Shown here in pieces: positions 26,606 to 37,431 of a DNA stretch of 64,000 bases. The position numbers were made by a program, and so were the translations under genes. The stretch comes from Alphaproteobacteria bacterium (GTDB lineage Bacteria > Pseudomonadota > Alphaproteobacteria > MPNO01). Under the pieces are notes generated by a model. The model was not told the DNA's origin. It did not search any database and was given only the letters and a program-made list of their open reading frames with translations. Every line of letters starts with the position of its first letter. Position 1 is the stretch's first letter. The DNA is taken from assembly GCA_965202835.1 (NCBI GenBank), contig CBDBCA010000006.1, positions 806,035 through 870,034 on the forward strand, given 5' to 3'.

Positions 26606-27694
26606 ATGTCAGAAGAATCGACGAACCCCGCGAGCTCCTCCGAGAGGCCGCGGTGGCTGGGCTTCGCTCAGCTTGCCCTGATCCTTCTCGCGGTCGTTGT
26701 CGCGCTCTACTTCGCCAGAGCGCCCGACCGCGTGGAACGCGGGCCGATAGCCGGTCCCGCTCAGGCAAAACCGGTCGTCGGTATCGTCAAACCGGCCGCG
26801 ACCGTGCACGTGCCGACGCTCAAGCTGACCGGAACGGTCACGCTCGAAAGAAAGACCACGGTGGTTTCCGAGGTCGTCGGCCGCGTCGTCTGGGTGTCGC
26901 CGAATTTCAGCAGTGGCGGCTCAATCCCGGCGAACGAGGTCTTCGTCAAGATCGATCCGAGCGAGTACGAGCTTGAGGTCGAGGCCGCGAAGATGGCGGT
27001 GAAGGAATTGGAAGCACTTCCGAATGCGGATGCCGTGATGGAAGCCAAGCTGGGCAAAGCGCGGGCGGAGCTCGCGCTGGCGGAACGCCGGCTGGCGCGT
27101 ACCGAGATATCGCTTCCATATGCGAGCCGGGTGGTGTCTTCCGATCTGGAGGTCGGTGAATTGGTGGGGCCGGCGGAAGACGTCGGTCGCCAGTCGGTAT
27201 TGGGGGTGGTTTATAGACAGGGCGCGTTACAGGCCCGTGTGCCGGTCGCGCAACGCGATCTGGCCGCGCTTCACCCGGCGGTGGGACGTTCCGCGAGGGT
27301 CCGCGCCGGCGGAGCCGCGTTCGAGGCCAAGGTGGCGCGCGTGTCCTCCGTGGTCGCCCCCAAGACACGGTTCGCCGCGCTCTTCCTGAAGTTCGCGGAA
27401 GACGCTCCGCCGGAATCCCTGCCCCTCCCGGGAACCTTCGCGCATGTCGAAATCATGGGTCCCGGGCGCGACGGGGTCTACGTGCTGCCCGAGTCCGCGG
27501 CCAGGGAACGCGACAGGGTCTGGGTGGTGAAGGACGGCGCCCTCGCTTCGCTGGCGCCCGTCACGGTCGGGCGCACCGACGCGGGCTGGATCGTGGAAGC
27601 GTTCGATGCCGGCGACGGCGTTGTCGTGGGCGCGCTGCCGTCCGCGAGGGAAGGGCTGAAGGTCGATGCCGCCCAGGCCCCGTCGTCGCAATAG
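26606..27694 (+). CDS. efflux RND transporter periplasmic adaptor (membrane fusion protein, HlyD family)
   Basis: 362 aa with an N-terminal TM anchor, a coiled-coil hairpin region and beta-barrel domains. It lies directly upstream of the RND permease. Confidence 0.8.
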   Translation: MSEESTNPASSSERPRWLGFAQLALILLAVVVALYFARAPDRVERGPIAGPAQAKPVVGIVKPAATVHVPTLKLTGTVTLERKTTVVSEVVGRVVWVSPNFSSGGSIPANEVFVKIDPSEYELEVEAAKMAVKELEALPNADAVMEAKLGKARAELALAERRLARTEISLPYASRVVSSDLEVGELVGPAEDVGRQSVLGVVYRQGALQARVPVAQRDLAALHPAVGRSARVRAGGAAFEAKVARVSSVVAPKTRFAALFLKFAEDAPPESLPLPGTFAHVEIMGPGRDGVYVLPESAARERDRVWVVKDGALASLAPVTVGRTDAGWIVEAFDAGDGVVVGALPSAREGLKVDAAQAPSSQ

Positions 27695-27750
27695 ACCGGT
27701 CCTGAAATCGAGACCGTAACGCCAGCCACGCGCCATCGCCGGGGGCTATC

Positions 27751-30700
27751 GTGAAAAACGGACTGATCGCATATTTCGTCGGAAATCCCGTCGCCGCCAA
27801 GCTGCTGATGGTCTTCCTGATCCTGGGCGGCATCCTCGCGGGCCTGCACACCCAGGTCCGGCAGATCCCCGACCTGGATTTCCGCACGATCGTCATCACG
27901 CTGGCTTCGCCCGGGTCCTCGCCGAGGGAAATCGAGGAAGACATCAATCGCCGTATCGAGGAGAGCGTGGTGGGTCTCGAGGGCGTCGACCGGGTGGTCG
28001 GCGTCGCGTCCGAAAGCTTCGCCCGTATCGAAGTCGAACTCGAGACCTTCGCCGACGCCGATGCCGTCCTCGCCGATGTCGAGAACGCGGTCGACAGCAT
28101 CGAGGGCTTTCCGCCCGCCAGCGCCGAGGCGCCGAAAATCGCGCACAAGAAACTGTCCGTCGAAGTCCTGACGCTCTCGGTGTCCTCGTCCACCCTGTCC
28201 GAGGACGGATTGCGCAAGGCGGCGGAGGACCTTCGCGACGACCTTCTGGCCCTGCCCTCGGTATCGCTGGTCCGCCTTCGGGGCACGCGTGACCGGGAAA
28301 TCTCCATCGAGATGAACGAGGAGGAGCTGCGGCGCAACGGCCTGTCCATTTCCAACGTGGCGAGCAAGGTGCGGCGGTCCTCGCTCAACCTCACCTTCGG
28401 GGAATTGCGCACCGGCGCCGGCGGCGTGGTTCTCAACGTGATCGGGAAGCGGAGCCGAGGCGAGGAATTCGCGAACATCCCGCTGATCACCCGGCTCGAC
28501 GGCTCGGTCGTGCTGCTCGGCGACGTGGCGCGGATTCGAGACGGCTTCGTCGACGAGGACATCCTGTCGGAGGTCGACGGAAAACCGACCGTATTCGTCC
28601 GGGTAGAGGCGGGCGAGGAACAATCGATTCTTGGAATCGCCAACGCCGTCAAGGACCGGCTGGCAACCTACCGGCCGCCGGCGGGCGTCGTGATCGACGT
28701 CTGGAAGGACGGTGTCGAAGGGATTCTCGACAGATTCTCCGGAATCATCCTGAACGCCGTAGTCGGGACGATCCTGGTGTTCCTCTGCCTGGTGCTGGTG
28801 TTCGACCTTCGCGTGGCGACGTGGATCGCGATGGGAATTCCCATCTCCTTCATCGGCTCGTTGTTGTTCTTCGGCGTTTCGGACCTGACCCTGAACATGG
28901 GAACGCTGTTCGCGTTCTTCCTCCTCATCGGCATCGTGGTCGACGACGCCGTGGTGGTGGGCGAAAGTATCGCGGCGGAACGGGAGAAGGGGAAGAGCGC
29001 GCGCGACGCTGCGATCTCCGGAGCGAGAGCCGTGTTCGGTCCGATCACCGTCGGCGTGCTCACCACCCTGCTCGCCTTCGTGCCGCTGCTCTTCGTGACC
29101 ACCGGCACCTATCAGCTCGTTCAGGTGTTTCCCTATGTGGCGATCTTCGTCCTCCTGATCTCCCTCGTCGAGGCGTTCTGCGTCCTGCCGGCGCATCTCT
29201 CTCACGAGGGGCGCTGGAGTCTTTCTCCGCTGAGCGACATCCAGGAACGGATAAGCGACCGGCTTGCCGAGTTGCGCGATGCGATCGTCGCGCCGGCGGT
29301 GTCGTGGTCGGTGCGCCATGTCTGGCTGACATTCCTGCTGGCCGTCGTCTTCGTGATCGCCGCGCTCTGGTTGTTGCGGGCGGAGGTCGTCCGGGTGATC
29401 GTGCTGGACAGCGCCGCCAATGTGGGCAACACGATCCAGGCCGACTTGGAGTTGCCGGCGGGAGCCCCGTTCGAGGCCAGCGTCGCCGCGGGACGACGGT
29501 TCGTGCGGGCGGCAAACGCGATCAACGAGCAGCTCGAAGGGACCTCGATCGAATCGATCAGCCTGATCGTCGGCAACCTGGGCGGCGCCGCGGGGTCGCG
29601 AACCGGCCACGAACAGGCGAACAGGAGCCATCTCGCGTCGGTCAGGCTCCACTTGCACAAACGGCCGCTTCGCCAGGCCTCTCCCGAGGTCATCGAACGG
29701 CTGTGGCGCCAGAATGTCGGCGAAATGTCCGGGGTGGAGAAACTTTCCATTCAGACGACACGACTCCGGTTCAGGCCGGGGGCCGCCTACGCGCTGCTCC
29801 ATGACGACCCCCGAATGCTCCGGCAGGCCGCGCGCGAATTGGGCTCCTATCTGCGCACCATCCCCGGCCTCTACGCGCAGTCGGACAGTCTGTCGCCGGG
29901 CAAGCGGCATTTCGAAATCCGCCTCACCCCGGCCGGGGAGGCGGCCGGGCTGACGCCGGCGATGATCGGCAAGCAGCTCAGGGCGAACTTTCACGGCCTG
30001 ACGGTGCAGCGGATTCAACGTGGCCGGGACGAGATCGCGGTCGTGGTCCGCTATCCCGCCGAACGGCGGCGCAGCCTGCGGGAGCTCGCCAGCGAGCGGA
30101 TCGTGCGGCCGGGCGGCCAGGAGATTCCCCTTTCGACCGTGGCCCGGGTCGTCGAGCGGCGGGAACTGGCGACGCTCACGCGTATCGACGGGAAGCAGGC
30201 GGCGCTGGTCAACGCGCATGTCGATTTCAGCAAGATCACCGCGATTCAGGCGAGGCGGGCGGTGGCGGAGAACTTCCTTCCCGGCCTGCTCGAAAAATAT
30301 CCCGGCCTTTCGGTGGCGCGCGATGCCGGCGCCCGCGACGAAAGGGTGCTGCTCGAGACCATGGCGGTGCTGGTCCCCATCGTGCTGATCCTGATGTACG
30401 GCCTGATGGCCGGATTCCTGCGCAGCTACTGGAAGCCCCTCGTGGCGGTGATCGGGGTCCCGATGGCCTTCGCCGGCGGGGTGTTCGGGCATTGGGTGTT
30501 GGGCTGGGACCTGACGGCGATTTCGCTGTTCGGCATGATCGGCGTGGCCGGCGTCATCGTGAACGACGCGCTGGTCCTGCTCGACCGCTACAACGTGATT
30601 AGACGGGAGAACGACGCGATCCCCGCGATTGCGGCGGCGTCGGCCGCGACGCGGGACCGTTTCCGCGCCGTCTTCCTGACCTCGCTGACCACGGTGCTCG

Positions 30701-30855
30701 GGCTCTCCCCCCTGCTCTACGAGCGGAGCGACGAACTCCTGTTCCTGGTGCCGTTCGTGGTCAGCATGCTGGGTGGCCTCATCGCGGCGGGCGCGTTCAC
30801 GCTGTTCGTTTTGCCGGCGCTGGTAATGGCCGTCGAGGGCCGCAGGGAAACCTGA
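27751..30855 (+). CDS. efflux RND transporter permease (AcrB/AcrD/AcrF family)
   Basis: 1034 aa with a GTG start, 12-TM topology and two large periplasmic loops. There is no outer-membrane factor gene in the operon. Confidence 0.9.
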   Translation: MKNGLIAYFVGNPVAAKLLMVFLILGGILAGLHTQVRQIPDLDFRTIVITLASPGSSPREIEEDINRRIEESVVGLEGVDRVVGVASESFARIEVELETFADADAVLADVENAVDSIEGFPPASAEAPKIAHKKLSVEVLTLSVSSSTLSEDGLRKAAEDLRDDLLALPSVSLVRLRGTRDREISIEMNEEELRRNGLSISNVASKVRRSSLNLTFGELRTGAGGVVLNVIGKRSRGEEFANIPLITRLDGSVVLLGDVARIRDGFVDEDILSEVDGKPTVFVRVEAGEEQSILGIANAVKDRLATYRPPAGVVIDVWKDGVEGILDRFSGIILNAVVGTILVFLCLVLVFDLRVATWIAMGIPISFIGSLLFFGVSDLTLNMGTLFAFFLLIGIVVDDAVVVGESIAAEREKGKSARDAAISGARAVFGPITVGVLTTLLAFVPLLFVTTGTYQLVQVFPYVAIFVLLISLVEAFCVLPAHLSHEGRWSLSPLSDIQERISDRLAELRDAIVAPAVSWSVRHVWLTFLLAVVFVIAALWLLRAEVVRVIVLDSAANVGNTIQADLELPAGAPFEASVAAGRRFVRAANAINEQLEGTSIESISLIVGNLGGAAGSRTGHEQANRSHLASVRLHLHKRPLRQASPEVIERLWRQNVGEMSGVEKLSIQTTRLRFRPGAAYALLHDDPRMLRQAARELGSYLRTIPGLYAQSDSLSPGKRHFEIRLTPAGEAAGLTPAMIGKQLRANFHGLTVQRIQRGRDEIAVVVRYPAERRRSLRELASERIVRPGGQEIPLSTVARVVERRELATLTRIDGKQAALVNAHVDFSKITAIQARRAVAENFLPGLLEKYPGLSVARDAGARDERVLLETMAVLVPIVLILMYGLMAGFLRSYWKPLVAVIGVPMAFAGGVFGHWVLGWDLTAISLFGMIGVAGVIVNDALVLLDRYNVIRRENDAIPAIAAASAATRDRFRAVFLTSLTTVLGLSPLLYERSDELLFLVPFVVSMLGGLIAAGAFTLFVLPALVMAVEGRRET

Positions 30856-30959
30856 CGCCCGAAATCGACCCGAATTCCAACGACACTTGACGCCCGCGCG
30901 CCGAAGGTCCGAACTATCGGGCGATTGCCGCCTCGATAAGGGGTTGATCTTCGACCGCG

Positions 30960-33900
30960 ATGACTAGCCAGCCGCAAACCCGTTTCAGCCGGATTCTGGT
31001 CGCGAACCGAAGCGAGATCGCCATTCGGGCGCTGCGCGCTGCGGTGGAGCTCGGCATCCGGACCGTCGCGATCTACTCGCAGGAGGACCGGTTCGCGCTG
31101 CACCGGTTCAAGGCCGACGAAGCCTATCTCATAGGCCGGGACATGGGCCCCATCGAGGCTTATCTCAGCATCGACGAGGTGATCCGGGTGGCGCGCGAGA
31201 ACGGCGCCGACGCGATCCATCCGGGCTACGGCTTCCTGTCCGAGAACCCGGAATTCGCCGAGGCTTGCGCCCAAGCGGGTATTGCGTTCGTCGGCCCGCG
31301 CCCAGAGATCATGCGCAAGCTCGGCAACAAGGTTGCGGCGCGGGAGATCGCGCAATCGGCCGGCGTGCCCGTCGTTCCGGCGACCGGCCCGCTTCCCGAC
31401 GACCCGGAGGAGACCGCGCGTCTCGCCCGCGAGGTCGGCTTTCCCGTCATGCTCAAGGCAAGCTGGGGCGGCGGCGGCCGGGGCATGCGGGCGATCGAGG
31501 ACGAATCCGAGCTCGCCGACCAGGTCGAGGCGGCGCGGCGCGAGTGTCTCGCCGCGTTCGGCAATGACGAGGTCTATCTGGAAAAGCTGATCCGCCGGGC
31601 GCGCCATGTCGAGGTCCAGATCCTCGGCGACGATCACGGCAACCTCGTGCATTTGCACGAACGGGACTGCTCGGTGCAACGGCGCAACCAGAAGATCGTG
31701 GAGCGGGCGCCCGCTCACTCCCTCGACCCGGCGACCCGCGCCGCGATGCACGACGACGCGCTGAAACTCGGGCGCGCGGTCGGTTACAACAACGCGGGCA
31801 CCGTCGAGTTCCTCGTCGATGCCGACACCGGGGCCTTCTATTTCATCGAGGTCAACCCGCGTATCCAGGTCGAACACACGGTCACCGAGGTCGTGACCGG
31901 CGTGGACCTGGTAAAGGCCCAGATTCGGATCGCCGACGGTGCGACGATCGGCACCCCCGAGAGCGGCGTTCCGCCGCAGGATACGATCCGGGTCAACGGT
32001 CATGCCCTGCAATGCCGCGTCACCACCGAGGATCCGGAAAACAACTTCATTCCCGATTACGGCGTGCTGACCGCCTATCGCGGCGCGACCGGCTTCGGCG
32101 TCCGGCTCGACGGCGGCACCGCCTATTCCGGCGCCCGCATCACGCCGTTCTACGATTCGCTGCTCGAAAAGGTGACGACCTGGGCACCGACGCCCGACGA
32201 GGCGATCCAGCGGATGGATCGTGCGCTGCGCGAGTTCCGCATCCGGGGCGTCGCCACCAACCTCGCTTTCCTGGAGAACGTGATCGGCCATCCGCAGTTC
32301 CTGGACGGCTCGTATACGACACGCTTCGTCGACGAGACGCCGGAGCTGTTCAGCTTCGTCGAGCGACAAGACCGCGCGACCCGGCTGCTGCGCTATGTCG
32401 GAGAGGTCATCGTCAACGGTAACGACGCCGTGGAGGGCCGGGCCGAACCGCCGACGCGCCAGGCGCCCGGCGTGCCCGAGACCGGGAGCGCCGATGTTCC
32501 CGGCGGATCGCGCCAGCGCCTCGACTCTCTGGGCCCGGAGGGCTTCGCCCGATGGATGCTGGAGCAGACGCAGGTGCTGATGACGGACACCACGTTCCGC
32601 GACGCGCACCAGTCGCTTCTGGCGACGCGCGTGCGCACGCACGATCTGGCGGCGATCGCCCCGACCTATGCGCGCCTCCTGCCGGGGCTTCTCTCGGTCG
32701 AGTGCTGGGGCGGCGCGACCTTCGACGTGGCGATGCGCTTTCTCGACGAGTGCCCGTGGGATCGCCTCGAACGGCTGCGCGCGGCGATGCCCAACATCCT
32801 GACGCAGATGCTGCTGCGCGCCTCGAACGGCGTCGGCTACACCACCTATCCGGACAACGTCGTCCGCTATTTCGTGCGCCAGTCGGCGGAGAACGGGATC
32901 GACATTTTCCGGATCTTCGATTCGCTCAACTGGGTCGAGAACATGCGCCCGGCGATCGACGCCGTGCTGGAGACCGGCAGGCTGTGCGAGGCGGCGATCT
33001 GCTACACCGGCGACATGATGGATCCCGACCGCCCAAAATACGACCTTGGATACTACGTCTCCCTTGCCAGGGAGCTGGAGGCGGCGGGAGCACACATCCT
33101 TTGCATCAAGGACATGGCGGGGCTGTGCAAGCCGGCCGCCGCGCGGACCCTGGTGGGGGCGCTGAAGCAGGAAATCGGCATCCCGATCCACTTCCACACC
33201 CACGACACCAGCGGCATTTCCGCCGCCAGCGTGCTGGCCGCCGTCGAAGCCGGCGTGGACGCGGTCGATGCCGCGATGGATTCGATGAGCGGACTCACCT
33301 CGCAGCCCAGCTTCGGTTCCATCACCGCGGCGCTGCGCCACTCAGAACGCGATCCTGGCATCGACCCCGGGACGGTGATGACGCTTTCGACTTATTGGGA
33401 ACAGGTGCGCAACGGCTATCGCGCCTTCGAGAGCGACTTCCGCGCCGGCACGTCGGATGTCTACAACCACGAAATCCCCGGCGGCCAGTACACCAATCTG
33501 CGCGAGCAGGCGCGCGCGATGGGTATCGACGATCAGCACTGGCCGGAGGTTTCGCGCACCTATGCCGAGGTCAACCGGATGTTCGGCGACATCGTCAAGG
33601 TAACGCCGTCGTCCAAGGTGGTCGGCGACATGGCGCTGATGATGGTGACCAGCGGGCTGACGCCGGACGACGTCGCGGAACCGGGCCGTGAGATCGCCTT
33701 TCCGGAGTCGGTGGTCTCGCTGTTCGCCGGCGAGCTGGGTCAGCCCCATGGCGGTTTCCCGCGCGCCCTGCAGGACAAGATCCTCAAGGGGAGGGAGCCG
33801 ATAACCGTGCGGCCCGGCTCGGCGATGCCCGACGCCGATCTCGAAGCGGGGCGAAAGGAGGCCGAACGGGCCGCGGAGCGTCCGATCGGCGACGCCGAGT

Positions 33901-34424
33901 TCGCCTCCTGGCTCATGTATCCGCAGGTATTCGCCGACTACGCGTCCCGGCAGCGGAATTACGGCGACGTCAGCGTCCTGCCGACACCCGTCTATTTCTA
34001 CGGCATGGAAGCGGGCGAGGAGATCGCGGTCGACATCGAACGCGGGCGTACCCTGATCGTGCGTTATCTCGCGCGCAGCGAACCCGACCGGAAAGGCGAA
34101 TGCACTGTCTTCTTCGAACTCAACGGGCAACCGCGCACGGTGCGTATCGCCGACCGCAGCGCCGCGGCCGCGGGTGCGGCTCTCCCCAAGGCCGAGGAGG
34201 GTAATGCCGGCCATGTCGGCGCGCCCATGCCGGGGATGGTGGTCAAGGTCTTCTTCAACGAGGGCGAAACGGTGGACGAGGGCGACGTGCTGGTCGCCAT
34301 CGAGGCGATGAAAATGGAGACCGTGATCCGCGCCGGGCGGGGCGGCGTCGTCTCGCAAGTCGTCGCGCCCGCCGGCACGACCGTGGAGACGAAAGACCTG
34401 CTGGTCGTCGTCGGCGACGGCTAG
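30960..34424 (+). CDS. pyc: pyruvate carboxylase
   Basis: 1154 aa with biotin carboxylase, carboxyltransferase (HFHTHDTSG) and biotinyl (EAMKME) domains. Confidence 0.95.
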   Translation: MTSQPQTRFSRILVANRSEIAIRALRAAVELGIRTVAIYSQEDRFALHRFKADEAYLIGRDMGPIEAYLSIDEVIRVARENGADAIHPGYGFLSENPEFAEACAQAGIAFVGPRPEIMRKLGNKVAAREIAQSAGVPVVPATGPLPDDPEETARLAREVGFPVMLKASWGGGGRGMRAIEDESELADQVEAARRECLAAFGNDEVYLEKLIRRARHVEVQILGDDHGNLVHLHERDCSVQRRNQKIVERAPAHSLDPATRAAMHDDALKLGRAVGYNNAGTVEFLVDADTGAFYFIEVNPRIQVEHTVTEVVTGVDLVKAQIRIADGATIGTPESGVPPQDTIRVNGHALQCRVTTEDPENNFIPDYGVLTAYRGATGFGVRLDGGTAYSGARITPFYDSLLEKVTTWAPTPDEAIQRMDRALREFRIRGVATNLAFLENVIGHPQFLDGSYTTRFVDETPELFSFVERQDRATRLLRYVGEVIVNGNDAVEGRAEPPTRQAPGVPETGSADVPGGSRQRLDSLGPEGFARWMLEQTQVLMTDTTFRDAHQSLLATRVRTHDLAAIAPTYARLLPGLLSVECWGGATFDVAMRFLDECPWDRLERLRAAMPNILTQMLLRASNGVGYTTYPDNVVRYFVRQSAENGIDIFRIFDSLNWVENMRPAIDAVLETGRLCEAAICYTGDMMDPDRPKYDLGYYVSLARELEAAGAHILCIKDMAGLCKPAAARTLVGALKQEIGIPIHFHTHDTSGISAASVLAAVEAGVDAVDAAMDSMSGLTSQPSFGSITAALRHSERDPGIDPGTVMTLSTYWEQVRNGYRAFESDFRAGTSDVYNHEIPGGQYTNLREQARAMGIDDQHWPEVSRTYAEVNRMFGDIVKVTPSSKVVGDMALMMVTSGLTPDDVAEPGREIAFPESVVSLFAGELGQPHGGFPRALQDKILKGREPITVRPGSAMPDADLEAGRKEAERAAERPIGDAEFASWLMYPQVFADYASRQRNYGDVSVLPTPVYFYGMEAGEEIAVDIERGRTLIVRYLARSEPDRKGECTVFFELNGQPRTVRIADRSAAAAGAALPKAEEGNAGHVGAPMPGMVVKVFFNEGETVDEGDVLVAIEAMKMETVIRAGRGGVVSQVVAPAGTTVETKDLLVVVGDG

Positions 34425-34483
34425 GCCGCGCTCTTGCGCGCGAGCCCTTCCAACGGACCTGAGCGAAACCTCCGGAGACGACC

Positions 34484-35005
34484 ATGTATCTCGCCAGCTT
34501 CCGCTACCGCGAGAGGGAATGCGTCGGAGCGCGGATCGACGACGACCGTCTGATCGACTTCGCGGGTGCGGCGACGGCGCTGGGCGGGTCGTGGGATTAC
34601 GGCTCGATGCTGGAGCTGGTGCTGGGCGGCGCGGAAGCCGGGGGCGCCGCTTGCCGCCTGCTCGATGCCGCCCGCGCCGATCCCGCGGTGGAACGCATCC
34701 CGGCGGGCGATGTCGTGTGGCATCCGCCGATCCCGCGCCCCGGAAAGATCTGCGGCGTGGCGCTCAACAACTCGGCGTCGGATGCGCGCAAGATTTCCTC
34801 GCCCGACCACCCGATGTTCTTCCTGAAACCGGGCACCTGTCTGGTCGGGCATCTGCAGCCCATCGTCGCGCGGCGGCAATATATGGGGTTTCATCCCGAG
34901 CCCGAGCTGGGAGTCGTGATATCCCGCCTCGCCCGGAACCTGGACCCGGAGAAGGCGATGGATCACGTATACGGGTACACCATCGTGCGCACCATCCGGT
35001 GCTAA
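34484..35005 (+). pseudogene. 5' half of a fumarylacetoacetate hydrolase (FAH) family gene, truncated by insertion of the element
   Basis: FAH-family sequence runs up to ...AMDHVYGYTIV (ending at 34986). It is followed by 5 unrelated codons (RTIRC) and a stop. The in-frame continuation TIVNDVTGNDMRAED... is found at 63598. Confidence 0.8.
34976..34986 (+). repeat. attL core, TACACCATCGT
   Basis: Identical 11-mer to 63598..63608, located exactly where FAH homology stops. Confidence 0.7.
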
Positions 35006-35107
35006 CTATCTGAAAACAGGGTCGTTTTCTCTCCCAAACCGAGTTGCAGCCGGAAGAGGTCGTTATCCTTTGCTTCCCCGGCTGCAACCGCAGCCCGGAG
35101 AACGAAA

Positions 35108-36229
35108 TTGCCCAGACCCAACCTCACCAACGCGCGAATCGCGGCGCTCGCGACGTGCAAGACCGCCTACGACATCCGAGACGGGAAGCTCAGGGGCTTC
35201 GGCGTCCGGGTGACGCCTTCCGGGCGCAGGCGCTTCTTCGTCCATTGCCAGCGCCGGGGCGAGCGCATCTGGAAGATCGTGGGCGACGCCGACGCGATGG
35301 ACATCGCCGAGGCGCGGTCTCTGGCCAAGACCATGCTGGCCGCGATCCGCCGGGGAGAGGTAGCCCCTGCCCGGCCCGAGCAGGCCCTCTTCGAGGCCGT
35401 CGCCGAGACCGTGTTCCGGCAGCACGAGCGCCTGTGGAAGCCGCGCACGCTCCATGTCAACCGGTGCTACCTCCGCAACCAGATCCTGCCGCATTTCGCT
35501 GGCCGCAACGTCGCCGGCATCGACAGCCGGGACGTGCGCAACTGGTTCGCCTCGCTGGCCGCCACCCCGGTCGCGGCGGACCGGTCCATGCCCATCCTCT
35601 CCGTCATCATGCGGGAAGCGGAAGCGATGGGTCTCCGACCCGAGGGCTCCAACCCGTGCCGCGGCATCCGCCGCTACCGCAGGAAGGGGCGCGAGCGGTT
35701 CCTGTCCGACGCCGAGATCCGGCGGCTGTCGGCGGTCCTGTCCGAACGGGAGGAAAGCCGGCCCCGCCAGGTTGCAGTTGTTCGTCTCCTTCTGCTGACC
35801 GGGTGCCGCAAAAGCGAGATCCTGACCCTCCGCTGGTCCGACTACCGCGAAGGCCGCCTGTTCCTCCGCGATTCCAAAACTGGACCCCGCACCGTCTGGC
35901 TGTCCCGGCCGGCACGTGCGATCCTCGACCGGTTGCTGCGGGAGGGCCCGTGGATGTTTCCGGCGCCGCGGGCGCGAGGACCACGGGATTCGGATTGGCT
36001 GGACCGCTTCTGGCGGGATGTCCGCGCCGAGGCGGGCTTCGGGGACGTACGCATTCACGACCTGCGCCATACGCATGCCAGCATCGCCCTGAGAGAGGGC
36101 GCGACCGTCCTCGCGATCGGAAAGCTCTTGGGTCATGCCGATCCGCAGACCACCCTCAAATACGCCCATCCCGCCGACGCCATGATCGCCGATGCCGCCG
36201 AGACCGTCGGCGCCGTGCTGGAGGGTTGA
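35108..36229 (+). CDS. tyrosine-type site-specific integrase (DUF4102/P4-like N-terminus)
   Basis: 373 aa. The N-terminus 'LTNARIAAL...YDIRDGKLRGFGVRVTPSGRRRFFV' is arm-binding-like. The catalytic C-terminus is 'HDLRHTHAS...LGHADPQTTLKYAH'. Confidence 0.9.
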   Translation: MPRPNLTNARIAALATCKTAYDIRDGKLRGFGVRVTPSGRRRFFVHCQRRGERIWKIVGDADAMDIAEARSLAKTMLAAIRRGEVAPARPEQALFEAVAETVFRQHERLWKPRTLHVNRCYLRNQILPHFAGRNVAGIDSRDVRNWFASLAATPVAADRSMPILSVIMREAEAMGLRPEGSNPCRGIRRYRRKGRERFLSDAEIRRLSAVLSEREESRPRQVAVVRLLLLTGCRKSEILTLRWSDYREGRLFLRDSKTGPRTVWLSRPARAILDRLLREGPWMFPAPRARGPRDSDWLDRFWRDVRAEAGFGDVRIHDLRHTHASIALREGATVLAIGKLLGHADPQTTLKYAHPADAMIADAAETVGAVLEG

Positions 36230-36232
36230 GAC

Positions 36233-37378
36233 GTGCCTGCAAGGGACCGAAGGAAGCTCACCGACGCTGCCATCGAGCGCCTCCGCCCCCGTGCGGGGGA
36301 ATTTACCGTCTGGGACAGAAGCGTACCCGGCCTCGGGGTGCGGGTGCGCCCGACCGGCGGCAAGACCTGGGTCCTGCTGGAGGAGATCGGGGGACGCGCG
36401 AAGCGTGTATCGCTTGGGCCGGTATCGACGATGGCGGTGGCGGAAGCGCGGCGCGCGTGCCATCAGCGCCGGGCAAGACCGGAGCCGGCGGAGCCCGCCC
36501 GCCCCATGAGCGCCGTCCCGCTCTTCCGCGAGTTCGTGGAAGGAGAGTGGAAGGGGCCGCATTTCCACCGCTACAAGCCGGCGACGCGCAGGGGCGTGTC
36601 GTCCGCGCTGGAGGGACGGATATTGCCGGCCTTCGGATCGAGACCGCTGGACCGCATTACCCCGGCGCAGGTGCGGAAATGGTTCGACGCCGCCAGCGGA
36701 GCCGCCCCCGGGGGCGCGAACAGGGGGCTCCAGCTCCTCCGCCAGATCATGAATTTCGCCATCGCCCGGGGGCATATCGAGAAAAACCCGACACAGGGCA
36801 TCCGGCCCAACCGACGCCGGAAACTCACGCGGTTTCTCTCGCGCGAGGAAATCGCCCGACTGCACCGGGCGCTGGACCGGCGGACCGGAGAAGGTGGCCG
36901 CCGGCAGGCGGACATCATCCGGCTGCTGCTTCTGACCGGATGCCGCAGGGGCGAAATCCTCGGGTTGCGCTGGTCCGAGGTCCAGGGGGACGGCATCTTC
37001 CTTGCCGATAGCAAGACCGGGCCGCGACGGGTGCCGCTCAACTCCCAGGCTCGAACCATCCTCGACAGGCAGCCGCGGACGGAAAGTCCCTTCGTGTTCC
37101 CTTCCCCGCTCGATCCGTCCCGGCCGCGCAGCCGCCAACTATCGATCTGGGACCGGGTTCGCGAGGAGGTCGGCATCGAGGACGTTCGCCTTCACGACCT
37201 TCGCCACACGCATGCCAGCCACGCGGTGATGAACGGCGTGCCCGTGCCCGTCGTCTCGCGCCTGCTCGGACACTCCAACGTGCGCATGACGCTCAGATAC
37301 GCCCATCTTGGGGACCGCGAGGTCGAGGAAGCAGCGGAGCGCGTGGGGCAGGCCATCGGCGAACTCATGGGCCTGTAG
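36233..37378 (+). CDS. second tyrosine-type integrase, paralogous to the first
   Basis: 381 aa with a GTG start 4 nt after the stop of integrase 1. It has the same domain pattern ('LTDAAIERL...FTVWDRSVPGLGVRVRPTGGKTWV'; 'HDLRHTHASHAV...LGHSNVRMTLRYAH'). Confidence 0.9.
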   Translation: MPARDRRKLTDAAIERLRPRAGEFTVWDRSVPGLGVRVRPTGGKTWVLLEEIGGRAKRVSLGPVSTMAVAEARRACHQRRARPEPAEPARPMSAVPLFREFVEGEWKGPHFHRYKPATRRGVSSALEGRILPAFGSRPLDRITPAQVRKWFDAASGAAPGGANRGLQLLRQIMNFAIARGHIEKNPTQGIRPNRRRKLTRFLSREEIARLHRALDRRTGEGGRRQADIIRLLLLTGCRRGEILGLRWSEVQGDGIFLADSKTGPRRVPLNSQARTILDRQPRTESPFVFPSPLDPSRPRSRQLSIWDRVREEVGIEDVRLHDLRHTHASHAVMNGVPVPVVSRLLGHSNVRMTLRYAHLGDREVEEAAERVGQAIGELMGL

Positions 37379-37431
37379 GAATGCGAAGGAGCGGCAGATG
37401 ATGTCGAACGGCGCGACCGTCGGGCGCCCAC

